Part shown: piece after piece, positions 1 to 12,675 of the stretch
How the letters are laid out: the number at the start of each line of letters is the position of its first letter
How positions within the stretch are numbered: the first letter of the stretch is position 1
Source: Spirogloea muscicola
Lineage: Eukaryota
Direction of reading: 5' to 3'
Assembly (NCBI GenBank): GCA_009602725.1
Contig: WELB01000021.1
Span: 741,502 to 805,501, forward strand
Length of the DNA stretch: 64,000 bases
The notes under the pieces: model-generated
What the model was told of the DNA's origin: nothing
Database searches by the model: none
The model's input: only the letters and a program-made list of their open reading frames with translations
Made by a program: the position numbers and the translations under genes

Positions 1-289
1 GGCACAGCGTGATAGGACAGACAGCTGAAGGCTGAAAGCTTGGGGTTGCCTTCAATACTTGATCCATTCAACTGGGCTTGCGTTTCGTCTACTTCCCTAT
101 GGACCCGGGAAGTGAACGCCTCCGCCGTCGTAGCTGCGCAAATTCCAGCTAAGGAAATGTCAAAGGGAGTCGACTCGGTCTAGGGTGCAGCCCCAAGAGA
201 AACAGCCCTTCCAACTTTCGGCAATGGCTGTGAGAGGCAGATGGCGCGCAGTGCACAATGGTGAAGCGGAGGCCAAATCACAGCACGGC

Positions 290-515
290 CAGCACCTGCG
301 TGCCGGCCGTGCCGTGCTCTAGCTGCAGCCTCTGGCTTTCGTCAGGGAGATTGCTTCCCGGCTGCTAGTCTTTCGGATTTGCGGCTCCTCACTCGTGGTC
401 ACTCGTGACGCCTAGTATCTGCTTTTTGCGCCATCCGGCCCTTTCCTAACCCGTCCATTCCTTTGGGCTGGCCTCTCACAGCCACTGCTGTCAATTCGGA
501 AGAGCTGTCTCCTTT
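290..515 (+). mobile_element. 3' remnant of CRE-like RLE non-LTR retrotransposon (ORF C-terminus plus 3' UTR)
   Basis: Translates with a frameshift to HLRAGRA..AAASGFRQGDCFPAASLSDLRLLTRGH, matching the C-terminus of the 9328-10640 and 52900-54060 elements. The 3' UTR is nearly identical to 62435-62545. Confidence 0.75.
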
Positions 516-1714
516 ACTGTGTCATCCATCCTACCCAAGCTCTGAGAGTGCTTTTCGGCCCATTCTGACCTTGCTCATTTTTCTCGGGCTGGCTGTTCAC
601 AGCCCTCGCCCCCCTTAGGAGAGCCACTTATCCTTTTGGAAGAGCTCACTTCTTCTCTCAGTCTAGGGTATTGGCTGTGAGAGGCCAGCCCAAAGAATTG
701 AACAAATTTTATAGGGCAGGAAGGCGCAGACGGACATGATTTTCAGTGACTTCTGCCAAAAGTGCGCCGTGCATGAGCTCCGCTTGGCCTCCCTTATGGA
801 TTATGCGCACCGTGCACAGTCTCCCTCTCTTAGCTATTAGGTCCCTTAGCATAGGGCTTCGCTTAATTCAGGCCCATCTTTTGCACTAGCTTCTGCCTGA
901 ACAGAGCATTTGCTTCACATGGCCTACCTTTCGTTTAATATACACCGCGCGTCTTCTCTCCTGCAGAGGAGCAGGTGTTGGTCGAGAACATCCACCCACT
1001 TTAAGAAGGTGGCTGGGTCGAGAAGATCGCCGAATAGCGGATTCACAGGCAGAATGCAATGTGTGGCTTGGGCAAGCTGTGCGCGTATGAGCGAGTAAGT
1101 GGCTTGTACTCCATTGGGCTGGCCTCTCCCTCTTCTCATAGCCATTGCCCCCATTAGTATAGCTTCTTCTGTCCGAGGTGGGGTGAAGGTTTCTACCTTG
1201 GGGGTATCCTGGGATCACGGAAGCACTGTGGGAGATATGCTAGCCACAGGCACACCGCCACTCCAGTGGAATCATTGTTGGCCGTCAGCAAGTCAGAATT
1301 ATTTTGACAAGGTCAACAAGGGGCCGGAGAGCGACTACCACGAAGCTACATCCGAGCGGAGGGGGGCGAGAAAAGCAGCTCTCAAAGGGGTGAGGGCTGT
1401 AAACAGCCAGCCAGCTTAGACTGTACAAGGTAAGGCGAGGTGGACGAGGCGAGAGGAGAAGTGACTGTTGTCAAGACCACAGCAGGCACCCGTTGTGGTC
1501 TTCAACAAATTGTCACCGGCGCCTTTGGACCTTGTTCATTCTTTGTGGGCGAAATGGCTTCTTCCCAGCCCTCGCCTTTGCACCTGAGTTGCTTCTCCTC
1601 GGCTTTGCAGTAAGACGGCGTCAGCCATTTCAGCTGGAGACGAGGCAGCCCAACCAAGTTGGCAAGTTGTGCCCGGCGAGAGTCGTAAGAAAGAAAGACT
1701 CTTCAGTAGAATGG

Positions 1715-1870
1715 AATGTGGCTCTCCCAATGGGGGCAAGGTTTGTGAACAGCCAGCCATAAAAGATTGACTATCTTCGAAGGGGCCAAAAGCGCTCTCA
1801 GAGCTTGGCCGGTAGGATGTATTACTCAGTAAGCACGAGTGAGGGCCGCAAATCAGAAAGACTAGAAAGA
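1715..1870 (-). mobile_element. 3' remnant of CRE-like retrotransposon
   Basis: The minus strand reads SLSDLR.LTRAY*, followed by the shared terminal motif (ggctggctgttcacaaaccttgcccccattgggagagccac). Confidence 0.65.
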
Positions 1871-2559
1871 AAGTGGCTCTGCCAAAGAAAATGGGCGAGG
1901 GTTTTAGGGTAGATGACGACGGCCGTGATTGGTCAGCCCAGTAAGGAATGACAATGTCCGAAGGGGCCAAAAAAACATTAAAGCATGAGAAAGTCAAGCT
2001 GCCCGGGACTGTGTGGCACGACTAAATTCTGCTGCGGGCGGCACACGGCGGCCGTCTTGTCGACGCCGCTATGAGCTTGTGCCTTACGCCTGACGTCGCA
2101 CCCAGACACCAACGTGGGCAACAACGCCGTCACTTTATTCAGGAAACGGCTCTCAAGAAATGCCGCGGCAGGAGCAGTCACCAGTGAGCACAGCGCTCGC
2201 CAGCTGGGGCTGCATACGCGGCTGTGAGCACGCCTAATCGCCGTCGCACCGACGGCAGCGTCTATACGGCTGCTGCGCTTGGTAGGGCGATGCGGAGACT
2301 GGTGGCAAGCCCTATTCAGCAAGCGCTGGTCGCCTCCAGAAACAAAATGGAGTGTGTATTTAGTGACAGAGGGCCTGAGTGGCCAAGTACAAGTGGCCGA
2401 GAGCTTCCAGGAACCCAGTCTCTCTGACCTGAGGCTGCTTAGCAGAGGTTTCTGAGTGCTTCGTAGCACCACATCTGCAGAGTGATCCAGCGCATTGTTA
2501 ATCATTGCATCAGTACTTATTCCGCAAGCAGGTCAGTGAGAGGAAATGGCTAGAGAGGA

Positions 2560-3020
2560 AGCAAAGTGCTCGAGGATTTACTTCAAAGTATTGGTCAAAT
2601 CCTATAGCTCATTTTAAGTTGGAGCTGACATTGTATGCTCATGCATCATCGGCCTGCAGAGGGTGTTGCTGAGCAAGAGGAACATTCTCAAGTTGCTTAG
2701 AGGCATGCGCGTCTGCTCGTGACTCCTAAATGCATTGTCTGGTTGAAATAAGCTCTGCGCACTTACAGCCTCACCTTAAGGAAGGATCTGCAGGCGCTGG
2801 AGGCTTCCTGCATGGCCTCAAAGAACCTCTCGAGGGCCTTCATGCAAGCTGGTGTCAATGTCATGCCCATCTTGGACAACTCGGCTTTTGCAGCTTGAAT
2901 GTCAGTGTAACCTTGGTCCAAGAGCTGAATGAGACTTTCGGCTTTCTGAGGAAGGCTCTGTGACTTCACCGACCACTGACTCAGAATCCCTTCAGCTCTG
3001 AGCTAGACGACTTTGTGGAA
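2560..3020 (-). pseudogene. Unknown multi-exon family, copy A (helical first conserved exon)
   Basis: AEGILSQW...LERFFEAMQEASSACRSFLK ends at an AAG|GTGAG donor at 2775/2774, the same motif and intron position as copies B, C, F, G and K. The next exon contains stops. Confidence 0.55.
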
Positions 3021-3549
3021 GGTCTGCGGTGCAGGACATGCCGAACACGAATCACCCTCAAGGAGAGCAAGCATACAACACATCAAGAAGCAGGCAAGAG
3101 GTACGAAGCTGCAGAAGACAGAGAAGCAGAATAAGTGCTGTGCGTGTATGCCATAAACAAAGGTCCTGCTGCCTGCAGTCTGTCTTGTGAGCACAATGTA
3201 CACACATTGCCATGTTGTACACGTGTGGAACCTTGTACACTGTGGCGCTTCTTGATGTACCCGTCTGCAAGGCAAGGTAGGCTTCCTATCAAAGTGCAAG
3301 TCCTACAACGGCTGTTTTCACCAATGCTGGCTGGCTGCAGTCATCCTGGCTGGTTGATGATGTTGACATTACTAATTTCAGTGGAGCAAGACTGAGTGGG
3401 CTCTTCCTGCCACCCTTGCTCCCGCTTGGGTCGTGACTTTGAAGTGTCTTCGTGTGCGTGCCGCTCCGGGCCTTGCCCATGTTCTGGCATGGTTCTGGCA
3501 TGGCATGCTTCCTAGCAGCCTGCTTGGGAGATTAGAAGCTCTACTGAAA

Positions 3550-3835
3550 ACGAAGAAGTGGCTCTCACAAAAGGGGCAAGGGCTGGCCCACTTACTGGGA
3601 AAGAAGTGAGCTTTCTACAGGGGGCGGGGGCAGCGAATGCCAGCCCATAAGGAATGGGCAAGGTCCAAAGGGCCGAATGGCGCTAAAACCACCAGATATG
3701 TGTGAGAGTACAGCGAAGGGGAGCTTAGTAACGCCGAGTCAGCAGCCGCAAAGGGGAGTAACGTGCAGCTGGAAATGAAGCACCCTGACGAGATCCGGCA
3801 GTAGCAGCCAAAGCGCGGCCTGCTCGCAAGTGCAC
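3550..3835 (-). mobile_element. 3' remnant of CRE-like retrotransposon
   Basis: ORF 3725-4009 ends HLRAGRALAATAGSRQGASFPAARYSPLRLLTRRY*, with terminal-motif copies at 3550-3690. Confidence 0.7.
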
Positions 3836-4479
3836 AACGGGAGCCAGGAAACTGTGGAATGGATGGCTGCGAGAGGCCAGCCCAGGAGGTGGAAAAGACG
3901 GCAAACTCCTACAACCCAAGGGCCGTGTGATGGTCATGTCGGACTTACAAATTGGGGTCTGCAGACACAACAGTGCCTGTTTCGTTGCCATAATAAGTTC
4001 GTACAACATGTTGAGCTCAAGTCTGAATTGAAAGGGTCCTAGAGCAACTTGTATGATCCCAAATCACACTAATCGCAGATGTCATGGCTAGCCCTCACAG
4101 CGAATCATATCTGACTTCAAGTTGTAAGTATCAAGTACGACCACCGAGATTGTACTAGCTTCTACCTTACTAGTCAGCATCGTCCTCGACTTGACACAGA
4201 CACAAGAGGGAGGCTCTCAAGTCACTTGGTTACTTGCAGAGCACTCCATGACAAAAGTAGCAAGTACACTTCATCAATAGCCATGTGCCGGTAATTATGT
4301 ACATCCTAAATACACCTGCTACAGAAGTCACTCAGTGTTTACAAGATTCATATGCCAAGTTGCACTGCATACTCATTGTACTCTGTAACTGCAACTAGGT
4401 AGCTGCAGCCTAAGATTACATTCAGTACACAAATGAGAAGGCCTAGGCTAGGCTGCACTTTGATGTCATTGCATCTGGT

Positions 4480-5100
4480 TGAATGTGCTCATGATTGTGA
4501 TTCCTTGGACTGCACAAGTGCCTTTTGCTCTGTTCAATGAATCTATTGAGGTCCTCGTGGGATACCAAGCCTGCATAAGATCACGGGCATGTCTCCTCAG
4601 TCAGTGCGACTGCCATTGTGTGAACTACTTAGCTTCCAAAATTGCTTTCCAGTTGTTACAGTCTGCCAGTTGACCAATTTCAGTCTGTGGCTTCAGGCTC
4701 TTGAGATACAGCAGCCTCATATGTTGCCGAGGAATATTGTCGCTGACTAGTTCCCATCAGAGACAAGACGTGCTACATTCAATGCCGCAAGTATCAGCCG
4801 TGTTGCTTGCGTGTCTCACCTGAATGATTTCAAGGCATGCACGTTGTGCATCATCCACTGCTTGCAAGAATCTTGACACAGAATCTTGCACAAGGGCAGC
4901 ATTGACAGGAGTCTGCCTGTGCATCTCCTGCATCAATGATTGTATGATATTTTCCGCTCGTTGCAACATGGGAAGCAGCAACAAGGCCTCCTGTCTTGGG
5001 TGTTGTTGGCTGTACGCTTGCCAATGCTGCGACAGATTCGTCATCGTATTGAAGATTACGGCTCGAGCAGCCAGGATGACCTGCGACCACAGAGCTAGCA
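4480..5100 (-). pseudogene. Unknown multi-exon family, copy B
   Basis: Exon ...NLSQHW...VSRFLQAVDDAQRACLEIIQ|GTGAG (donor 4820/4819). Downstream QAWYPTRTSIDSLNRAK matches QAWFPTRHALVHLNAAK of copy G. Internal stops are present. Confidence 0.6.
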
Positions 5101-6039
5101 GGTGCAAATTGGTCAAGCATGTGTATTCACACTTGACTACTTTGGAAGTCAGTTCAAGTCAACATAGTGATTATGGAAGCCTCTAGAAATACCAGTCTTG
5201 CTCATGAAAATGCTAGCTGTAGCCTCAAGATCCTGGCACTTAGGATAGTGAGAGGCCTGACTACTATCCTTGCCTAAGTACAAGGAGTACATCGAAATCT
5301 CTATGCTGCTTGGTGCAATTAGCAAAGGCGGAGAGAAGTGGCAATGCTGCAATCAGAGTGTGGCATGCTCACAGGCTGTGCTTGTGACGGGGTGAGGATA
5401 GTCGCATATCTAGTTCCACCATATGGATAATGGCCAAGACCAATGTTGGAAGCTGTGTCGAATGTCGCACTTGGCCACATTGTGTCCAGGTGCAGGAGAT
5501 CGTTGGATGCAGCACAAAGTCAGAAGCACGGAGCTGCTGGGACCTTCCCAGAACGTGTACGCAAGCGCCAAATGCTGAAGGCTTCCTAGCAGAGCCGGAG
5601 TCGGAACACCCCGTTACTTCGGAAGACTTCGACCGGACCTTGGAGCAGGCAGCTGGCAGGGTGTCAGCATTGACCTCGGGTAGCGGCGCGAGCGCAGCAC
5701 AGATGAGAGAAGGCGCCGCGGAGGATGGAGGGAGGCGGGCAAGGGAGCAGGGGTGGTGTGGAAGTGCGGCGCTTGGCTTCTGAGCAGCACTTACTGAAGG
5801 CGTACCAACGATGGCGGGCCGCCACCGCCACGCCAGGATGGGGGCCAAGCCTAGGAATGGCGGGAGCCGCTCTCCGCCATCGCGGGGTGGCCGGCCTCCG
5901 CCCCCTAGCCCTCCTTGACTAAACTTGACTAAGTGGCGCTTTTTAGCTGGCGCTATTCGGCGCCTTCCGACCTTGTCAATTCTTTCGGGCTGGCTGTTCA
6001 CAGCCCTTGCCCACTTTGGAGACTTTCCTTTTGGGAGAG

Positions 6040-6190
6040 AAGGCGCGTGGTGCGCATGAAATTGAAAGGGAGGCCAATTCTAGCCTTACAAGTGTCCCGT
6101 TAAATGGGTAATGAGCTGGCTAAGGGGGACATTAATATCCCCGAGTGAGCACATGCATATCTGACAAGCTATATTATATATCTGACAAGC
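6040..6190 (-). mobile_element. 3' remnant of a second CRE-like subfamily
   Basis: The minus strand reads SLSDMHVLTRGY*. The 3' UTR matches 34700-34832 (+) and 8035-8170 (-). Confidence 0.75.
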
Positions 6191-6589
6191 GAGGCGCCAA
6201 ACCACCACCACGGAAGCCGTTAGCCATTTGGGAGAGCCACTTTCTTTCTTGGCTACATGGCGCAAGAGCAGCTTACGTGGCGCCGTCGAAAAGAGAAGTG
6301 GTTCTTCCAACGGGGGCAAGGGCTGTGAGAAGTAGGAAAGGACCAACTAAGTCAACCAACCTCTTGGTGTTCTTGTGATCTGGCCCTTTTCCTTTCCTTT
6401 TCCTGGCTCGGTTGGCCATTGTTCATTCTTTTGTGGGCTGGCTTTTCACAGCCCTCGCCCCCTTTGCCGGAGCTGCTTTCCGGGCAAACACCATTGCTCC
6501 CTTTCACTATATACACTCTTCATCACTTAATACACACTCCATTGCCTTTTGGCCGAGCGGAAGAAGTCACATAGAGTCAAGGACCACCC

Positions 6590-6960
6590 TGCTGTCGATA
6601 TTTTCTGCCCGCTGCCCAGCGGCCCCGCGAACAGTGTGCCGCACTTCCTGGAGTCTCGGTGCCTTTGGATCTTGTGTCCTGCTAGTGCATGCGTCTATCT
6701 ACGCCCCTCCAGCGGTCCCAAGCGCTTGTTTTGCCGGCAGTGCCGGTCGCGCCCTTGCAGCAGCCTCTGGCTTGCGCGACGGGGTTGCTTTTTCCTCCCC
6801 TCGGCTTCATCTGACTTCCTGTTGCTAACGCGGGGGTACTAAGAGCCCCCTTGTCTGCCTAGCCTGTGGCTCTGCTGATATAGTCGCTGCTATAGTCATG
6901 AACACTTTCTGTATGCACCTGGCTGGCTCTTACAGCGGCTTTTCTGACATCAGCAGCCGC
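6590..6960 (+). mobile_element. 3' remnant of CRE-like retrotransposon
   Basis: Ends ...SSDFLLLTRGY* at 6842 and is highly similar in DNA to 53730-54060. Confidence 0.8.
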
Positions 6961-8034
6961 ATTCTCCTTCTGGAAGGGCTCACTTCTTCTTTGATAGAGC
7001 TATTCACCAATCACAAGAGATGCTTCATTTACTTCACAGCCATCGCCCACTGTGGAAGAGGTCCTCCTCCGTGGCTGGTGCTGCTTGCCCGGCTCTGCCC
7101 CTTAATTCCTAGGCTCGGATGGCCAGCCACCGGTCCCCAAGAGTGCTCTCTTCTTCACATTTCAGGGGCCAGGCGCTAATGGTCGCTGCAACTTTCACAA
7201 GGCATGGACCACGTCAACAGTGAGTCCATCTTTACTTTCGTACACCACAATGAAGGGGCTGTCCAGCAGAGCGCCTCCCGAGGCCGCCGCTAGCACTATT
7301 GGCATTGTCCAGCATAGCTTGCAAATTCCAAGCTGCAGCTGACATACCCTAAGGTTCCGAATGCCTCAAATTGCCGTGGAGGATGCCTACACCTGCCTAC
7401 ATCCTTGACTTGCGGTGCAAATCAGGATGGCGTGGCATCATGATAAGAAGAGCACTCGTGTTGCTGTGGAGGGACAATCTGAAATTGACTCAATGTGATA
7501 GCACGCGTATACTCACCAAGACCACTCACTCTACTGTGCATCCTTATGGTTGTACACACTAGCTAATGGTAGACATTGTCTATCTGCTCGATAAGAGCGA
7601 GGGAAACCTTACATAACCAAGTGGGCAATGGATGGCTGTGAAAGGGGAAGATAGTCATTCAGGAGTTGGCAAGGGTTGTAAAAGGCCAGCCCATACGCCA
7701 GCCCTACTTCGGCTGGGTCGGTCATGCTCGACACCGCAGCAATTCAGGAAAGATCTCTCAGGGGGGCGATCGCTGTAGAATAAAGAAAACCTCTCAAGAG
7801 GCGGCGATGGCCATGAAGGCCCGCTGAAACAATTGCAGCCAGCCCACACTCGGTCTCCTTCAATTTGTTGGTTCTCAGGCTGGCTGGCCCTTTACAGCCA
7901 TTGCACCCATTGAAGAGCTGCTTTATTTGGACCTTGTTCAGTCTTGTTGGGCTGGCCTTTTACCCGCCATGGGCCCCCTTTGACAGCACGGCTTCTTCTT
8001 TTTGGGCTGGCCTTTCCTCGACCCCTTTCAAAGC

Positions 8035-8800
8035 ACAGGCGCACGGTGCGCACGAAACGAAAGGGAGGCCAATCCGAGCCTTACAGAGTCCTGGAACGGG
8101 GCTATAAGGTGGCTAAGGGGGTCTCGAGTACCCACGAGTGAGCACTTACATATCTAACAAGCTAAGCTGAGGAGCCAGAGCACCACCATGCAAATCATTA
8201 GCCTGGCCTAGAGCACACTGGTGTATTGCGAGTGCCTTGGAGCGCTTCAGACTCAATGAACGCCGCGTTCATAGCAAGCAACTATTGCTTGCGGGAAGCT
8301 AAAACGTCCTAAGCTACCCATCCGACTACATCGGCAGTCATCCACAAGCTGTGCTAGGCGATGGAGGACGATTAGCTGAGTCTCTCTTTCACAAAGTCAT
8401 CCCCACCTTTTTGAGGAGCTTCGTAATTAGGACCTGTCCACCTGTGTGCTAGCCTCTTTCAAAGCCATCGCCTCGCGACAGAGCTCAACCTCGTATACTT
8501 GGTAGGTCTCGTTCACTCTTTTCTGGCTCTCTTCCTCTGACTGGCTGCTCGAGTCCGTGCCTTTCTACGGAGAGTGTGACTGTCTTGAAAGGGGCAAGAG
8601 CTGTGCACAGCCAGGCCGTAAAGATTTGACAAAAATTTGAAGAGGCCAAAGGTGCTATCTTAGAGCTCGGCCGGTAAGATGAAGCACTTCGTAACCACGA
8701 GTGCGGAGCCGCAAACCAAGAAAACTAGCAGCCGGAAAGCAATCCCACTGACGAAAGCCCAGAGGCTGCAGCTTGAGCATGGCCCGCACGCAGATGCAAG
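8035..8800 (-). mobile_element. Two CRE-like 3' remnants (8035-8170 and 8585-8800)
   Basis: VLTRGY at about 8130, and HALHLRAGHAQAAASG...RTRGY at about 8690-8800. Each is followed by a subfamily-specific 3' UTR. Confidence 0.65.
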
Positions 8801-9327
8801 GCGTGGGCCGTGGAACACTGGAGGGAGATGAAGAGGTGCATACAAAAGGCTAGCGAGCCAGCGGTGTTGACGTCGGCCTGCTCACCTCGCCTGCGGGACA
8901 GAGCACGTCGCGTAAGCCTGGCAACAAGTTGAGCAACTGGGACCCCAAAGCCCCGTGCACATCGACGGCTAGGAGGACGAACTTGTCCCCTGCCGGGTGG
9001 TCCCCTGCCGGCTGGTCGTCGCTTTGCTGCGAGCGCCGTTAGCCGCTGCATGGCCAGCCCTCGAGGCAGAAAGTATATGAACCAGCCGTTTGGTTAAGCC
9101 ACATGGCTCTGTTGGCAATACATGATATTTGGGACAAGTGGGCCCGGCAGGTGGCGGGCTGCCCTGCTGGGCAAGTGGCCCGCCCAGAGGCGGGCCCCCG
9201 CCCGTCCAGAAATACCCCTCGCCAGGATCCGCCCCGTTTAAGGCGAGGATCTTTGGCCCGCCGCAAGGCGGGCCATGGGGCGACCCGCTCACACGCCTGG
9301 GGGGTGGGTGGCACGGGAAAGCACGAA

Positions 9328-10640
9328 GAGAAAAGCGCGCCCATAGAAAAGAGGGGCTGGCCAAGCCAGCCCAAAAAAGAATGGACAATGTCCAAAGCCA
9401 AAGCAAGAGGAGCCGGAGAAAGGACTACACTACAACATACTGCAGAACACAGAAAGGATGCAGAGGAAAGCTCAGTACCCACGAGTGAGCAACATCAGGT
9501 CTGAGTAGCTCGCTGCAGGGAAAGAGGCGCTCCGCCGAGACCCAGAGGCGGCGGCATAGCACGGCCTGCGCGCGTATGGACGGCGTGGGCAAGGGAGCGT
9601 TGAAGCGATACGGCCAGGCGCATGCGGAAGACTTGTGCGAGCGACCCGGCGGCGTTGAAGCCGGGCATCGCCCCTGGCAGACCCGGCCGCCGGTCAATGG
9701 CCTGGCGAGCAAGCCGCTGAATGAGATCCAGCCAGCGGCTGCCGAAAGCCCCGTGTACATCCATCGCCAGGGCCGCGAATTCATCCCCCACTGGGTGATC
9801 AGCGTATTTTCGCTCCTTGCCGCGGGCCGCCTGGCCGACCGCGTGCCCTGCAAACGACGCCGATCTGGTGGGGTTGGCGGAGTCGATGCAGTCTGTTGTC
9901 ACCACATCAGCGATGATGCGGGACCGCCGCCGGGCGGGATTGCGACCAGGTCGGCGCGACGCGTATGGGGCTGGCCGTCCGCGCCCAGCTGGATGGGCAT
10001 GATGGAGGAGTTCTCCACCGCGACCTTGAAGCCCGCCTCCGAAAACACCCCCTGCATACCATCGCGCAGGAGGTCGTGGGAAGCGGTCCGCTCGCCCCCG
10101 TGTGCGCACCGGAGCATGTGGGCGGCCAGCTCCGCAGGATCAACGTGACGGGCACCGCACTCGCTTTGAGTGACGCCCACGAGGCAGGGAGGGAGGAGGC
10201 CCAAGAGCCGGTGGACCGCCGTCCGGAAGACCTCGTCGGGCATTGTGAGCGCCGCGTGGAGTGGAAGCGCCAATAGCCACGCCGCCGCCCCAGGGGAGGA
10301 GGCTGAGAGCAGTCGGGCGCGCCCTCGCAGGTCAGCCGGGGGGAGAAGCTCCACCACCTGGTCGGAGGCCGCTTGTTCAACCAACGCCGAGAAGCGTGCC
10401 TGGGCACGTCTGGTCTGGGGTGTGGGCGAGGTGGATGAAAGGAACAGCCTGTTCCGACATGCGGGGGTGAACTGCCAGGAGCCCGTCGCGGGCACGAGCG
10501 GAGGGCAACCTGAAAAGGCAGCTGACCGATCTCCACCTCAGCTGCCACCCGCTCCAGGACGCGCTGGCCGTCCACGAGGAACCTCTGGCTCATTGTGGCT
10601 GCCACCTGAGCCCAGCTACCCATGTAGGCCGAAGAGCCTT
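9328..10640 (-). mobile_element. Best-preserved CRE-like (RLE-clade) non-LTR retrotransposon fragment: post-RT region, zinc knuckle, restriction-like endonuclease and 3' UTR
   Basis: Frameshifted ORFs give SAYMGSWAQ (post-RT), ARLLSASSPGAAAWLLALP...FRTAVHRLLGL, a degenerate CCHC knuckle (ECG...HMLRC), and SHDLLRD, E, RRADL, IIADV, KERKY, FAALAMDVHGAFG (RLE pattern). It ends SYSDLMLLTRGY* (stop 9474-9472) followed by a ~145-nt 3' UTR. No RT core was seen. Confidence 0.85.
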
Positions 10641-10964
10641 GGGCTGAGGCTCGACAGGAGTTCGAACCGGTGAAGCTCAGGAGCAGCCTTGCCGCTGCTC
10701 GCCGCCGCAGCCGCCGCCGCACTCTGCTTCGGGGCCTGCTGCGGCGGCCTGCGCCCAGGAGGTAGAGTCGCCGCCGGACGGCTGCGCCACAGGGCCTGTC
10801 TTTCGCTGCGCCGATGCGCTAGTGCTTTGCCTGTGTAGTGGGTTGGTCCCTAAACCCCCCACAGCCGAATTCAACAAGGACTGCTCACCCTAAGTGCGTG
10901 TGTAGGGCGAGGTTCCTTACAGAAAGCCTCGGATTGGAACGGTTCACCCCATCTGTAGTGACCA

Positions 10965-11580
10965 TGCGGACCGCCGCCCGGCGCGGTGGCCACTAGGTCG
11001 ACCTGCCGAGTATAGAGTCCATCCGCCTTCTGCAGGATAGGCATGATGGACGTGTTTTTAGATGGAGCCCCTCCCTCTCATTGATAGTAACGAGTCTCCC
11101 ATGTCTCTGGACCTTGTTTACCCTAGCCTTCTTTGGAAGAGCCGCTTCTTCCTTCAGCTCCTGCTGGTGCCGTCCCGCTACTCACGACCGCGTGACTCTG
11201 CCTCCATTGTGCAAAGTTGGTTGGACTGGGGAAGCGCTGATACTTTCCATGACTCCGCGCTGGCTGAAAGACCGGGCCGAGGGGGCCATACATGGATGTT
11301 GACCCTCGCAGATGTAGGAAAAAATAAGTGCTCGCCCGTAGGAAAGAGAGGCTGGCAAAGCCAGCCAAAGAAAAATTGGACATTATTCAAACCAAAAAAG
11401 GAACAGATGCCGAAGAAGGAACTACACTACAAAGCAAACGACGATGCAGAGGGAAAGGCGGATGGATGCTCAGTATCCACAAGTGAGCAACAGCAAATCA
11501 GGATGTAGGAGGCTTGCAGCAGGCAGAATATGGATCTCGGCAAGTCTGCGAGTAGACGAGAGTCAGCGCTGTGACCACCT
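10965..11580 (-). mobile_element. Further CRE-like fragments (RLE piece 10965-11055; 3' end 11325-11580)
   Basis: TSIMPILQKADGLYTRQVDLVATAPGGGP matches SSIMPIQLGADGQPHTRRADLVAIPPGGGP of the neighbouring element. DLLLLTCGY* is followed by a UTR similar to 9330-9470. Confidence 0.7.
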
Positions 11581-12675
11581 GAGAAAGGGTTGGCAGCGTC
11601 GAAACCGCCACGCTTCTGCTGTTCGGCAAGCTGAGGACAAGCTGCGAGAAGGGCGCCGCGCAGTGGGGTGCGCACGTGCCTGTAATGACAAACATACCCC
11701 ACCTGAACGTGGGGATTCCTCTTCTCGAAGTGCAAGACAAAAGACCCGCTGTTGCTCTCCACCTGAAGTGTCCCGTGCGAGGGTGGTCAGGGTGGCGGTC
11801 TCCTCCCGCCACCCCACCAGCGTTCCACGCACGTTCTCCCCCTCCAGACAGATTCCTATCCCCACGGCCACCGCTGCCTTGGAGGGACTGCTGCTTTCTC
11901 ATTTGCCTCCTTCTTTTGTCATCTTTTGTCATTCTTATGACGACCCTCACTCCAGCCCTTCTCCCTTCCTTCCCGACGACACCTCTCCCAGCTCCCAGGG
12001 CCAAGCAGTGGGAGACGGGCACGAGGGAGCCTCGCCCAGTGATACGCGCATGCCAAGCAAACGGCGCGCGCCTCTTTCCCGCGCCTCGTGTCTGCCGTTC
12101 CTTTGCCGCTCGACCGGGCGTGGCTCCAGTCCACCAGCGGAGCCCGTTCCACCATCAGCAAAGCTCTGCAGCAGCTGCATCGCTGTTCCCCTGCCGCAGC
12201 TCGAGCTCGCGGTGTGGAGCTCACCGCTGCTGTCGGCCCGGTCATTGCTCTTGGCCGTCTTGCCTCTGCATCTGCACTGACTAGCACTCGAGGCCCCAGC
12301 AGTCAAGCTCGTTCAATGCCTGCTTCTTGCAGGTCCGCTGTCCCTGAATCTGGAGGTGGATACGCCACACTGCAATGTCTGAAATGGCCAATGCTGCTGC
12401 TGCTGCTGCTGGACGTGACGATGCACCGGAAGTAGAGGTGAGCTAGTTGAGCAGATCACTGACAGCTTGCAAATGACAACCGCACCTGATATGTGATGCT
12501 TGCTGACTTGCAGGTTCGACACACCACCAGCTAGCACTACAGCCTTTCTGCAGCCCTCAGCTGTCCTACTCCTGCTGTGTCGCGCATTGTTGCATTGTTG
12601 CTGCGCCTGGCTCGCCCAGAGCTTAGCAACTCATCAAACAGCAGGAGTGTCTCCCCTTGGACAGAAGAGTGACTT

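Noticed and set aside
2410..2490. Minus-strand LQMWCYEALRNL as a further exon of family copy A
   Set aside because: The same bases are better explained as a plus-strand retroelement end, PSLSDLRLLSRGF*.
10640..10960. Hammerhead ribozyme at the retroelement 5' side
   Set aside because: No CTGANGA...GAAA core was seen; other ribozyme folds cannot be judged by eye.
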